From NCBI RefSeq assembly GCF_009914755.1, contig NC_060938.1: DNA of 64,000 nucleotides. The stretch is one strand, 5' to 3'. Positions 29,900 to 43,100 of the stretch are shown here, in pieces. Within the stretch, counting starts at the first letter, position 1. Every line of letters starts with the position of its first letter. The stretch comes from the human T2T-CHM13v2.0 reference genome, Homo sapiens. The position numbers were made by a program, and so were the translations under genes. The notes beneath the pieces are model-generated. The model had not been told where the DNA came from, did no database searches, and was given only the letters and a program-made list of their open reading frames with translations.

Positions 29900-29965
29900 C
29901 TCAAAATGCTGATTCTAAGTTCTTTCAGAGTTTCCAAGTCTGTATTAATTCATACCCTAGGTAAC
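29900..29965 (-). other. DICER1: Alternative non-coding 5'UTR exon of DICER1 (66 nt)
   Basis: Acceptor tgcttttag|GTTACC, donor GAG|gtaaat; sequence recognised from DICER1 leader variants. Confidence 0.7.
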
Positions 29966-30315
29966 CTAAAAGCAATCAGAGAGAAATTTTAGAAGAGACA
30001 ACTCATTTTTTAAAACGAACTTTAAGAGATGTTCTACTTTTTAAGATCCCTCATAAAATTCTTTATCTGTTGGGCAACAAGACAATGCATGTCTAAAAGA
30101 ACTGCCCTTTAAAATTGGGATATTATGTTCTAATACAGCCAGGAAAAACAACTTGTTAGTACAATCCAATTAGATAGAAGGGATAACTCTTGGCATTAAA
30201 TTACCTTTTCCCTCAGTAAAACTTGGCTTTAAAAATACTTAAACACTATGATAAATCAGTACCATGCTGTATATGAGCATATCTTCCTATCTCCCAATAT
30301 GTCAGTGCTTATGTT

Positions 30316-30557
30316 TTCATTTTTCTTTTCGTTTTTTATTTTTTTTTTCTATTTTGTAGAGCTGGGGCCACCCCATGTTTCCCAGGCTGGTCTCGAACTC
30401 CTGGGCTCAAGTGATCCTCCCACCGTGGCCTCCCAAAGTGCTGTAGTCCCAAAAGATTACCCAAATACCACTGCATTACAACTGCCTACAGTACTCAGTA
30501 CAGTAACATGCTGTATTGAATACTGCAGATTACAGGTGTGAGCCACTGCAACCAGCC
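30316..30557 (-). mobile_element. Alu monomer (FLAM/AluJ left arm) interrupted by a Tigger-derived patch
   Basis: ctcccaaagtgctg[insert]gattacaggtgtgagccac. Confidence 0.85.
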
Positions 30558-31557
30558 AAATTTGTGTTTTCTAAGGCTACCTCAGACTTCATTTAATTTT
30601 TAATTTCATTCTATACCGCCACCTAGTAGGATGCAAAGACCACGCACACCAACATGTCCTGCTGTGTCACCCTCTAGAGATGATTTCCAATTCAGACTCA
30701 CCTCATTCCTAGAAATGCCATAATCAAATTACTAAGTTGATAATCCTTTAAAATTCAATGTCACCCAACTATTACAAAATTATTGCTAAGTTATCCACAT
30801 TATTTCCATTGATAATTCCATACATACATTAGAAAGGTAATATGTCAAGTATAATAGCAACTTATTTTATACTGGTAATTCAAAGCTAATAGGTCATTTT
30901 CTCATTTTAATTGATCACTGTGAAGTAAAGTACAAACCTGCAAAATCCTGTTTCATAGGCCCCTTTAAGATAACTCTGAAACAGGCACGCCACATATCAG
31001 ACAGTCAAGTTTTAGTACAAACTAGCAAACTTAATCCACATTAGCAACTAAATGCAGTAACGAGGCTGTATCCTTTCACAGGCTAGTAGCAAGAAAGAGC
31101 TAACCATTCAGATCTGAAGCCTAAAGGCACCTAGAACTTTCTGCTGTGAATTTTCAAAATTGGTGACAAAATAATTTCAACTCATCCATGTTATTATGCA
31201 TCACAGATTCTGACATTATTAACTTTGCAAATATTACCATCCAGATTTCATTCCTACTCTCACAAAGCCCAAAATGCATGACTTCTATAAAGTTCCAGGA
31301 TAAACAAATGGAAAAAAACCACAATATAGTGACATTAAAACAGTATAAGCAATACTCATGGTAAGCTAACAGAGAAAACTAAAAAAATGTATGAAGCACT
31401 TTAAGTTCCTAGTAACAAAAGTGCTATGTGAGATACAAGGCATTATTTTAACTGCAATCACGCCTACATCACTTAGGACAGCCATGGTATAGATACAAAA
31501 TACTGACTGTTGACGTAAGGACAAATACAAATTAAAAATAAGAGGCATAGTTCTCCC

Positions 31558-32036
31558 TGCTGAAAATAAAAGGGAAGAGGTCCCTTTCCCCTTTTCTTTT
31601 CCAGATTTTATTTCTCCCTCCCTTTCAATGTATATAAATTTAAGTCTCTAGTCTTATAACTTGGCTATGTTTCCTAAGGACCTGAAAGCCATCTCTGAAA
31701 TGGGAAATAACACTCAATCGCCTGGTTTCCTAGGAGGAGATGGGCCTAATCTGTCACCTGACTCCAAAATGTAAAACCTACCTCTAGTCATAAAAATGTG
31801 AAAAAAAATTAGCAATTTTATCTTGAAAATATGGATGTAATGGATTGTAACCATTTAGTTACATAAAACAGTAAGATTTCTTTCTGTCTTTGCCATCCCT
31901 TTAGTGACTGCCTGTGATGGGCACAGCAGTCTGATTTAATGTTCATTCAATAATAACATTGTTTTCTTTCTTTTCTACCTTTGTGGAGCAATTTTCTGGG
32001 TTGGGAGATTTTGGTTTTAATTGTATTTCCCTAACA
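31558..32036 (+). mobile_element. ERV1-type solo LTR (MER89-like)
   Basis: TG...tttccctaaCA termini, LTR-like poly(A) signal region. Confidence 0.45.
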
Positions 32037-32942
32037 TTAGCTTTTTTATTTTTTAAATATAGCCCAAATCTCAAACAGTATTCATACCAAATAATAAAAT
32101 TCCATTTCTTAGAACTTAAATACTGGAGAAGCCCTAAAATATGCTGGCCAACTACATGGAGGAATTTTTAAAAATGAAAATGAAAGTGGGCAAACAGCCA
32201 CACAGAAAATGAATCCACACATAGAATCCAAGTTGTTTGAAAACAACTCCTACCTACTTCCCTTTTCTAAGTTGTAGAGCAGAAAAAGTCTCAGATGTTT
32301 TTAGCTAACTTAATAAGCAAATTGATGCTCTTGCCTCTTAATATACACATTTATATTTATACATATACTTATATATACATATAAACATGTATTTAATGGA
32401 CGTATTTGCCTCAAAACACTGATTCTGAGTTTTCAGTGACATCTATACACTGTCACTCCCTTCTCATGTATACCCGCCTATGCAGGAGGCACTGAGTAAG
32501 GCAACTGGGGATATAGGAAGCAGCCTCTTTTTTTTTTCCTTTGTACCTATCTTTCTTTTAAAAATTATCTTAATGCCAGCAAGCAGTTCAGTGTCAGAAT
32601 ACCAAGGTTTAAATCCAGACTCCACTACCTCGCTAACATTGTTTACTTGCCTGTAAAACAGAAACACCTGACTATTACGAGGATTACACAAGATCTTAAA
32701 CTTAGTAGAGAGAAAATAAAATGCTTGGAACATACAAAATCCATATCATACAAAATACCTCTACCTAGAACCATTTTTTTTAGCATAATTCTTAAACTCT
32801 TAAAATTTTATGAAACCCTTAAAGAAAACCTAAAATGTTTCATTAACCGTAAGATTCGGCATAGAAAATGCATTCTCATATAATGCATAGAAGATTTTAT
32901 ACAGAATTTATAGCCAGATTAACCTGAAAAACCACAAACTCC

Positions 32943-33491
32943 TGAATGGGGATCAGGAGATGCCACCCCCAACTATGCCACTTTGGTATATTATTTTGAG
33001 CTGAAAGCAATTAAGAATCAACAGATTCAGGAAAAGTTCTATGCCTTCCCTTTTTCTACTTAAGAGTAAGGCATAAACTCCCCCTTCTTCTACACCAGGA
33101 AGAAAAGAACAATCCTTATCACAGCACAGAGAGATGGCACCAAGATGAATCTGCATAAACAAACCTTAATAAATAAACCTTTTCTACCAATGGTTTCCTC
33201 CATACACCGTCTAATCACCTTCCCACAGTTTATCAACCCTAGAAATCCAAACATCCCCTCCTTTGTCCTTCCACAATTTATCACTCTTTGTTAAGATGGT
33301 ATATGAGCCTCTAAATCTAAGTGTTTCTTTGGGATTTTACATCTTTTTCTTTGATGCCCCTGTGCGTGCAAAAATATTAACATCAATACAAGCTGTAGAC
33401 CTCTTCCCCTGTTAATGTCTTTTGTTAGTTTAATTCACAGATCCCAGCAATAGAGCCTAAGTGGGTGGAGGAAAAGTTTTCCTCCCCTACA
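32943..33491 (+). mobile_element. MER34-family LTR
   Basis: tga...atgccacccc...atgccactttgg start and ttcctcccctaca end. Confidence 0.7.
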
Positions 33492-34302
33492 TTCCAAACA
33501 AGCTAGCCATTATGCATTTACATTAAGATGAAAATCAATGCAATTAAATCACAAAATATGGTACCTAACGTAAAGTAAATTTAAACAGTTTTGTATTCAC
33601 TAGTTCTCTTGAAAAACAAACAAAAAATACTGTGTACTACTTACTGGCTGGACAGACATCACTGAAAACATTATTTCACTGAACTGTTTCTTAGGCAATA
33701 AAATGTTTCACAGAGAAACAAGAAATAGTAATAATCATGGATATTTCAAAAATATAAAAAAGAAATCAAAAGAAAATATCCAACATATCCACAGTATATA
33801 AAACAAGTATTTCAAGGATTTATCAACTATTATTTAGTGAATATAGACTATGAAAAGATTAAGGTCAAACCAAGGATTAAGAGACTAAAGAGAAAAAAAA
33901 AACAATAATTTCAAGAATTTAAACACTGGTATCTTTGCATATTTAAATACAAAACACAAGAACTATTTATATTTTTACTTTTAATTGTCATTTGTCTTTT
34001 TAAAAAGTTTTTTTTTTAGTTTACCCTAACACTATGGGTATGAACTTTACATTTCTGTCATTCTTAATTAAAATTCGCTGCACATTAACCTAGTCATTAC
34101 CACACACACAAAAAAAACTTCATATAGAAACGCTCCCTTCATCATTACCATTTATAAGAGCAAAGAAACACTCCCCGCCACCAATTTACATGTCTAACAA
34201 TGATTGAGGAAATGGTTTGGTAAACCCTGGTTCATTTTACATGGTGAAGTTCAATTCAGCCATTTAAAATGGTAAGTTTATAATGAACAAAAATGCTTAT
34301 GT

Positions 34303-35034
34303 TGAGAGCAGCAGCAGGCAGACAAATGCCTAGGCAGACAGGGGTAGGTCCCCAGTGAAACCCCACCTTCAAATCAAAGACAGTTTAAAGCCTGAAGGTC
34401 GAGATACACAGTATTTTTTGTTTGTTTTTCAAGAGAACTACAAGTCCCAGATAAATCCAGGGACCGGATTGAGAACCTGTCTTGCCATTTGGCACACTTT
34501 CCTCTGATTGATCCTCACCCTTCACCTATCTTACATATACCTACACTTCCCTAATTGGTTTCTTACACTGTCAAGCCCACCTTTGAGTGGTGCTTTTAAC
34601 TTTTTTTTGCATACTCACAAACCAATCAGCACACACTCCCCTATTCTGAGCCTGTAAAAGCCCAGGACCCAGCCACACTGGGGGAAAAACCACACAACTT
34701 CGGGTGGGGAACCACCCCCGCATCCCCTTTCTGCTGAGAACTGTTTCATTGCTCAATAAAATTTACGTCTGCCTTCCTCACCCTTCAGTTGTCAGCATAT
34801 CCTCATTCTTCTTGGATGCAGAACAAGAACTCAGGAACCGCCAAACGTGGGTATGAGCCGTAACACAGGTAGGCTGGGGCATGACTGGCCCAGCCACTAG
34901 CTGAGCCAGAGCACAAGCCAGGTGTGGCACAGGCAGGCCAAGTGGGAGGGTAGCATAGCCAAGCAAGGCCCGGACACGGGGGTCACCAGCCAAAGGTCCC
35001 CAGCTGGTAAAGTGACTGAGAAAAATCCTGTGTA
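34303..35034 (+). mobile_element. ERV1 solo LTR (MER61-like)
   Basis: caaatgcctaggcaga...gtgaaaccccacc start, CCAAT, AATAAA, ...gaaaaatcctgtg end. Confidence 0.65.
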
Positions 35035-35398
35035 AATGGCTTTAAATGAAAAAGTAGAACACTTTTATTTACAGTGAGACTATAATTATGTCTTAGTTAA
35101 AAACTAAAGGAAAGGAAAAAGGGAGGGAGTGAGGAAGGCTAAGAAGGAAAAGGAAGTGAGAAAGGATAAGAAGGAAAAGGAAGAGAGGAAGGAGGTGAGA
35201 GAAAATTAGTTTACCCAAAAATTAATGATGAATTACTTGGATGAGTATTTTTCCTTTAAACTTTTCAGCATTTTAAATTTCCTACAACTTGAACACACAG
35301 AATTGGGAATTGGAAAACAAACTTTCAAACTGTGGATGATTTGTGTGACGGTAAGCTAGAGACATACAATTCTGTTTTAGGTATTGAAAACATCCTCC

Positions 35399-35665
35399 CA
35401 GCCGTGTGCAGTGGTTCACACCCATAATCCCAGCAATTTGGGAGGCCAAGGTGGGCAGATCACGTGAGCCCAGGAATTCTGAGACCAACCTGGGAAACAT
35501 GGCAAAACCCCATCTCTACTAAAAATATAAAAATTAGCCAGGTGTGGTGGCATGTGCCTGTAGTCCCAACTCCTCAGGAGGCTGAGGCGGAAGAATCACC
35601 TGAGCCTGGGGGGCTGCAGTGAGCCATGATCACACCACTGCACTCCAGAGTAAGACCCTGTCTCT
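35399..35665 (+). mobile_element. Alu (AluJ-like)
   Basis: Dimeric Alu body. Confidence 0.9.
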
Positions 35666-35714
35666 AGAATGAATGAATTAATGAGTAAAAACCTCCCCCG
35701 TTAAGGCACAAAAT

Positions 35715-36697
35715 GTGGTAACATTTACCTGAATATCTGAGTGGGAAAAAACACACACAAACTGTTTTTCCTTTGTTCTCACACACCACATAAAATTTCT
35801 GTGACCAAATGTGTGGGGTTTCTCCCCAACAACAAGCAAGCCATCAATTCTGCAGCGGACACCAGCTGGGTGTCTTCTATTAATGACTGAATTCCAACAT
35901 TATCTACCTGGAGATAGCATCAGATCCCACAGGTTGAGGGCTCCAGTCCTCAAGACCTCCCCCACCCTTCCGTGTCAATTGCAAACCTCAGGTTATTTTT
36001 TGCCCGTGCTCCCGACCAATCAGTTAACTGGGGTTCCCACAACGCCCTCCTGGGATTTAACTTGCTAGACCAGCTCACAGTCCTTGGGGAAAAACTTACT
36101 TATGTTTACCAGTTTATTATAAAGGATATTACAGGCTGGGTGCAGTGGCACACGCCTGTAATCCTAGCACTTTGGAAGGCCAAGATGGGAGGATCGCTTG
36201 AGGCCAGCAGTTCGAGACCGGCCTGGTCAACACAGCGAGAGTCCATCTCAATAAAAATAAGTAAATTAATTAGGTAAAGGATATTACAAAGATCCAGATG
36301 AAGACATGCACAGGGTTAGGTATGGAGAAGGGGTATAGAGCTTCCAAGCCCTCCCAGAGCAAACTGCCCTCCAGGAACCTCCATGTGTTCAACTATCCAG
36401 AAGCTTTCCAAACTCTGTCCTTCAGGGTTTTTATGAAGACTCATTACCTGGGCATGATTAACCTTCAGCCCCTCTTCCCTCCCCAGAGGTTGGAGGGTGG
36501 GTCTGAGTCCAAACCTCTAATCATGCCTTAGTCTTCCCAGTAACCAGCCCCCATTTTGAAGCTACCAGGAGCTACCGGCCACCAGTCGATCATTAGCATA
36601 CAAAAACACATCACTTTGGAGATTCTAAGGATTTCAAGCCTTGTATGCCTAAGAATAGGGTAGAGGACAGACCAAATATATATTTTACAGTATCATA
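35715..36697 (-). mobile_element. MER21-family LTR interrupted by an Alu monomer (36133-36260; TSD aaaggatattaca)
   Basis: caagcaagccatcaattctgcagcggacaccagctgggtgtc motif; TSD at ~36121 and ~36276. Confidence 0.75.
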
Positions 36698-37147
36698 GTA
36701 CCTACAATTTAAACCACAAATTCATTAGCCTTCTTTTCATGCATTACTGTATCTGAACCAAATAAATTTCTGGGTTTCTCTAAATCTCTAACATAAATAT
36801 GTTATGTTTAGATTTCAATATAATCATGCCTAAAATTAGATTGGTCCAAAATTGAAGTGGAACACAGGTCAAATACCATCTTAACAAATTCCACCCATCA
36901 AAGATCTCCATATAAGAAGTGTCTCCAGGCTGCAAGCCAAAGGTCCGCTTACTTCTTGGAGTACTTCTCAGAAAGATGACATTTCAACACATCAAAACAG
37001 CACAGATACCCACCCCTCCCCTTCAAGTTACCTATAATGACATTTGTCCTACAGTTTTGTTTCAAGAGACATAAATACTTAACACATCACTAGCTTTCAA
37101 GGTGAGTTTTAAGGTTCATATTTGATTCCAAGTTTCTGTACTTTACT

Positions 37148-37287
37148 CTTTTTTTTTATTTTTTATTTGGAGACAGGGTCTCACTCTGTCTATTTACAGG
37201 CACCATCAGAGCACATTACAGCCTTGAACTCCTGGGCTCAAGTGATCCTGCCATCTCAGCCTCCTGAGCAGCTGAGACTACAGGCAC
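37148..37287 (-). mobile_element. Alu monomer (FLAM-like)
   Basis: gagacagggtctcactctgt...ctcctgggctcaagtgatcc. Confidence 0.8.
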
Positions 37288-38402
37288 ATACTTTACTCTT
37301 AACACTGTGCAACGAGTGCTAGAATTTTATTCAATTCACGACTACCCTCTACCTTTACACCAAGAAAGAGCATCCATTGGGAAAAAGGAGCCACAATTTT
37401 CTCTTTGTCAAGCTGTTTTAAGATATATAACATGAATACTTAAATACTAAAGGGAGGTCAATCCAGAGACAAAATGAACATAAGAGACTACTGAGTTAAG
37501 ATGGATGTTTATTGAGACAGGAAAGCAAATATATTAAAAGGTCCAGGCAAGAGTGTGACGCACTACATCATCATAGCTTCTGCGCAACATCTCATGTTAT
37601 CTGCCTTTCCCGTAACACCAAAACAAGTGTGTACCAACAGAGTTCGCCACCTCTCACGAACCCCACCCCACAACTTTCCCTAAAAACCTCTATCACTTTA
37701 GTCCCCTCCCCTCTCATTTAGCACACATGGGCTAGCTACAACACCCAAATCATCACGGGCTTCATTATATTACTGCCCCATATATTAGCTGTTATTGCCA
37801 TCTCCCTCAAGAGTATTAAGATCTTTGAAAGATAATCTCATACTATACTCACATTCATATTACATAGTTCATGATTTGTTTGATTTTCACGTTACTGTAA
37901 ATTTGTAATGACTAGGTAGTTTGGAATGTAGGAAAGTAAATATCCATGAATAATTTTTTATTAATTAATTCGATGTTGAGAATAAGCTTTATTGATCTTA
38001 ACTATTGAATTAAAGCAGCTTTTTATAGGTCAAATATAAAACTCAAATTAGACACTTTTAAATTAAAAGACTTTAAACAACCCAAATTATTTCAACAAGC
38101 TTAACATCCTCGATCTTGGCACCCAAGTCCAAAAGAATAATTCGAGGCTAACTAGAAACTGTCAAAGCTAGAGAGGTATCAGTTAGTGCAATGATAATTT
38201 TGGTATCATCTGACTATACCCATCCTAGTTTTCTCAGTTAACTTCCAACCACTACAAAATTCTCTTCCATATTAATGCAAACTAATCTGACTCCAACCTT
38301 GAAGATGTTTCAGAAACAATTTTAAAGTTCTTAAAGTTACAGGTGCAACTGGGAAAACCCAACTCAAGACAGTCTTATTTCTCAACTTAGTTTCTCATTT
38401 TA

Positions 38403-38720
<318 letters not shown>

Positions 38721-39094
38721 ATCGTATTTTGTTAGGTTTAAAATTCAGGCGAAACTCTACTGAATGTCAACTAATAAATGTAGAAGGAATGACAGAAAAG
38801 TCACCATTTTTAACCATCACATTAGTGATTGAAGCAAGGATCATTAATGGATGCTAAAACCATTGGGTGAAGGTTACTAAAGAATATTTACATAGCCTGA
38901 AAGCTTTTCTGCAGATTACCTACTAATTACAAATGAAAACTGGTATTTTTATTCAGTGGAAAAACCAGATAGATACCCCTTTAATCCAAGTGACAAAGCT
39001 AAGATCACCAGTATTAGGACAAACTGACAACACATACCTAATGTAGTTTTCCTACTGAAAGTACAAAACTTGAATCTATTTTTGCCGGGGGAAA

Positions 39095-39244
39095 GAGGGG
39101 AACAGAGTCTCGCTCTGTTGCCCAGACTGGAGTGCAGTGGCACAATTATAGCTCACTGCTACCTCAAACTCTTAGGTTCTAGAGATCCTCCTGCCTTGGC
39201 CTCCTAAAGTGCTGAGATTACAGGAGTGAGCCACTGTGCCCAGC
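39095..39244 (-). mobile_element. Alu monomer/fragment
   Basis: agagtctcgctctgttg...gagccactgtgcccag. Confidence 0.8.
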
Positions 39245-41151
39245 TGAAACCTGAATCTAATCATAAGGAAACATAAAACCTAACTTGAGGTTTATTTTAC
39301 AAAACACTTGGCTTTATACACTGAATTGAAGTATGATTTCAAGGATGATGTGTTAATTCATGCATAGCAGATGAAGAATGTGTTATTTAGGGAAAGTTAA
39401 GAGACGTTTAAGGCACTGTTACATTTGGTATCACTACTACAGAGACCAACTAAGATAGCTGAACCAGTATAGATAATCCTCCTCGAAAACTTGTCTGTAA
39501 AATATTGTTCTCAAGCCCTCTTTTCCTTCATCCTCCATTATATTACTAGACCATACATTTCAATATTGATAATTTGGGGGCTCACAATATAATCTAATCA
39601 CATTAAGACTATTGCATGTTAAAATTTTCTCTAATACACGTATTTAAAAGAAAAATATTACATTAATTTTATCAAATGCTAGTTATGTACCATGAGAGTT
39701 TAAGAAACTCCTTTTTTTTCTCAAAACCTCAAGAGGCAAACACCACTACGACAGTTTATAGACAAGGAAGCTGAGACTCAAGAGACGTTGCCATATGCCC
39801 AGTGCTCATCGGCTATAAAGTCGAAGAATCAGGATTTGAACCCTGGTCTCTCTGACGCCAAACACTTGCTCTTAAGCATCCCTACAAAGCTATGATAAAA
39901 CATTAATATTTAACTCTGCAAAGTGGAAAGAACTTAAAATACCATGAATCAGAGCAACTGACAGTGATGGCTGGGCAGCAGGATGCATAAGAGGCGGACA
40001 GGCTGTGAGTTCATCATGTTAATCTCACCTCCCAGGATGTTACCAAAAGAGGAAAGACAGAAATCCTGCAATCTCGAAACATCTCAGAGGACTAAATACG
40101 ACTAAATACGACTACTACCTTTCTTTTTCCCTTCAAACAGGGTCATTTAACTTCTTAATCAAAGAACCTTCCTACATCATGTCAAAGATCAGTTTTTAAA
40201 CTAAGAGTCTTCTCTCATTATTCAAGTTCTCTAAGTACAACCGGTTTGTTTTCTTAAAATTCTGAACTGGTTAACAGACCTCATTTTCTAATCCTCAAGA
40301 ATTGTTCAAATGTGTTGTTAAAACCCCTGCTTTATGGCATACATTGAGCTGTCAAAGAACGAACAAGCACAACAGAGTTAGTCTGTGCCAACAAGGAGAA
40401 AGTCTGCAATACAGTTAAACTCCAATTTTGACGGCGATTTTCTCCCACGATTCTTAACACTTCCCTCAGTCTGCAATGTTTCTGTGCACATAATCATACG
40501 TACCTCACAAAGCAAAAAGGACCAAGTAGCATGATTTGTCCAAAAGCAGAATAGTAATAATCTTTTTAAAAGCCTTAATATGCAAGCAATATTCTTCCCC
40601 ACAAAACTGTGTTAGCTTCTAAATACTTCAAAAAGTATTATAAATTAACTTACTCACTCAACAAATCGGAGTGTCTCCTATATGTCAAGCACCATGTCTG
40701 GTAATGAACATGCATGAAGAATCTAATCCTTACTATTCCATAAACCTTAACACAACCAAGAACATGTAATGCTGTTATAAGCCTAAAAAACAAAAAGAAA
40801 AAACTCTAAGGCCAAACTTAAGCCTGTCATGTCTTACTTCTAGTAACAGTCTTACTGACATCCTCAGAGAATGTTTTGTAGCATCTTCTTAGTCACTTAT
40901 TTAAAATGCATATTGAGGTAACTGCATGTTAAAGGAGTACCAACAATTCATTGACAATTTTAGATGAGGAAGCCATTTTGCACTCAGAATTATTTTAACA
41001 AAGGCTTTATTACATAACTGAAAATGTCAATTTCACCAGCTACATCTCAAAAATAATCTTTTTCTTTCTGTATTAATTCATCAAGTATACACCACGATAC
41101 AACCAGTCTTACTTTTTAGACCAACACACGTTCCTAAAGACTGGGTGAGAG

Positions 41152-41525
<374 letters not shown>

Positions 41526-42589
41526 TTAGCATCTGTCAACAGCCTGAATGAGACAACTGATATTCGAGGGACACCACCCAAAAGAAATTAATGAATCAAA
41601 CCACTGGAACAGTGAACACCTGTATTACTAAAGCTTTTCTATTATGCCTGAGGCTTTTATCCAGTTTCTCTAAAATGGCATGTGAAAAAATGTTTCTCTA
41701 TCGTTTGTAAAATGTAAAACATTTTCTCCATATATTGCTAATGTTATTTAATGTAATAATCCAAAAGATTGATTATTCTTCATACAAGAGAAAAATCTGC
41801 TTCAAATTGGTATGCTTCCTTTCATTAATCAACGTGAGTTACATGCAGCACTCACCTTTCCTTGCCCCAATCATTCATCTAATTCTCTGCCTCCACATTC
41901 TATACTACCAACCTTTACCATTTTCATAGTACTCTAATACTTTCCTATTATAAGACCATTTCAAATCCTTTCTCAAAATAGACATCATAAACTATTAAAT
42001 AAATGTACTAATACTAGAGTCTTAGCAGAAATTTGGAAGAAGTGAAAACTAGCCATCAAAAAATCAAAAGGTCCAAGCCCCACAGGCTAAGGAGGTGGAA
42101 TACCAAGAAAATAATGCTGCCTCAGAAGACTAGTCATTTGGCAAGTCGTAAATTGCAAAGAAACCTGTGAATAAGAGCGAGTATAATACATACACTGGGC
42201 TTTCAGGATGAACTAAGCTCTTGAATGTCCAAAAAGCACAGCAAAAGGTAAACAAAATAAGTCACTTGGCTCCAACTTTCTCTTTATACAAATTAAAGAC
42301 CTCACCAATATCTTCCTCTGGCATTCAATAAAGCACATCACTCCATGTTTGATCAGTTTTTTGAATACCTGCCAGACACTATGATTGGAACCAAGATCGT
42401 AAAAAGGAGTCGACCCTGGGCTTCAGAGAGATTACAGATTTTACTGACAGAGGAGTTGTTTGTAGGAAATTATCACTGCTTGGAGGAACCCTGAGAAAAC
42501 TCATACTGCAATAAATTCTGAGTCTAGTCTAGTGTTTTGAAGATCAAGAAACAATGTGACCACTTTGAGGTATATGTCTAAAAGAAGGG

Positions 42590-43100
42590 AAAGCATGGAC
42601 TCCAATGAATTATTTGTATACCTACGTTCACAGCACCATTATTCACAGTAGCCAAAAGATAGAAGCTACCCAAGTGGCCATGGACAGATGAATGGATAAA
42701 CAAAATGCAGTATATTCATACAATGAAATACCATTCAGCTTTTCCAAGGAAGGGAATTCTGACATCTAAATCATCACAGATGAGCCGTGGAGACACTATG
42801 CTGGGTAAAATAAGCCAGACACAAAAGAACAAATACTGTATGACTCTACTTATTTTGAGGTTTCTCCAGTAGTCAGTGACAGGAAGTAGAATGGTGGTTC
42901 TCTGGCATTGAAGGTAGGATGGAATCAGGAGTTAGTGTTAATGAGGACAGTTTGAGTTGGGAAAGATGAAAAAGTATGGAGATGGATGCTGGTAATGACT
43001 AAAAACAATGTAAATGTACTGTATGCCAGCTAGTTGTACACTTAAAATGGTTCAACGTTGTGTTATGTATATTTTACCATGCCAAAAAAAAAAAAAAAAC
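42590..43100 (+). mobile_element. L1MB-type 3' fragment with poly(A)
   Basis: acagatgaatggataaacaaaatg...atgtatattttaccat + A tail. Confidence 0.75.

Noticed and set aside
34877-34945. p53-family site in the MER61-like LTR
   Set aside because: Only a mismatched half-site (gggcatgact) is visible; no intact RRRCWWGYYY pair
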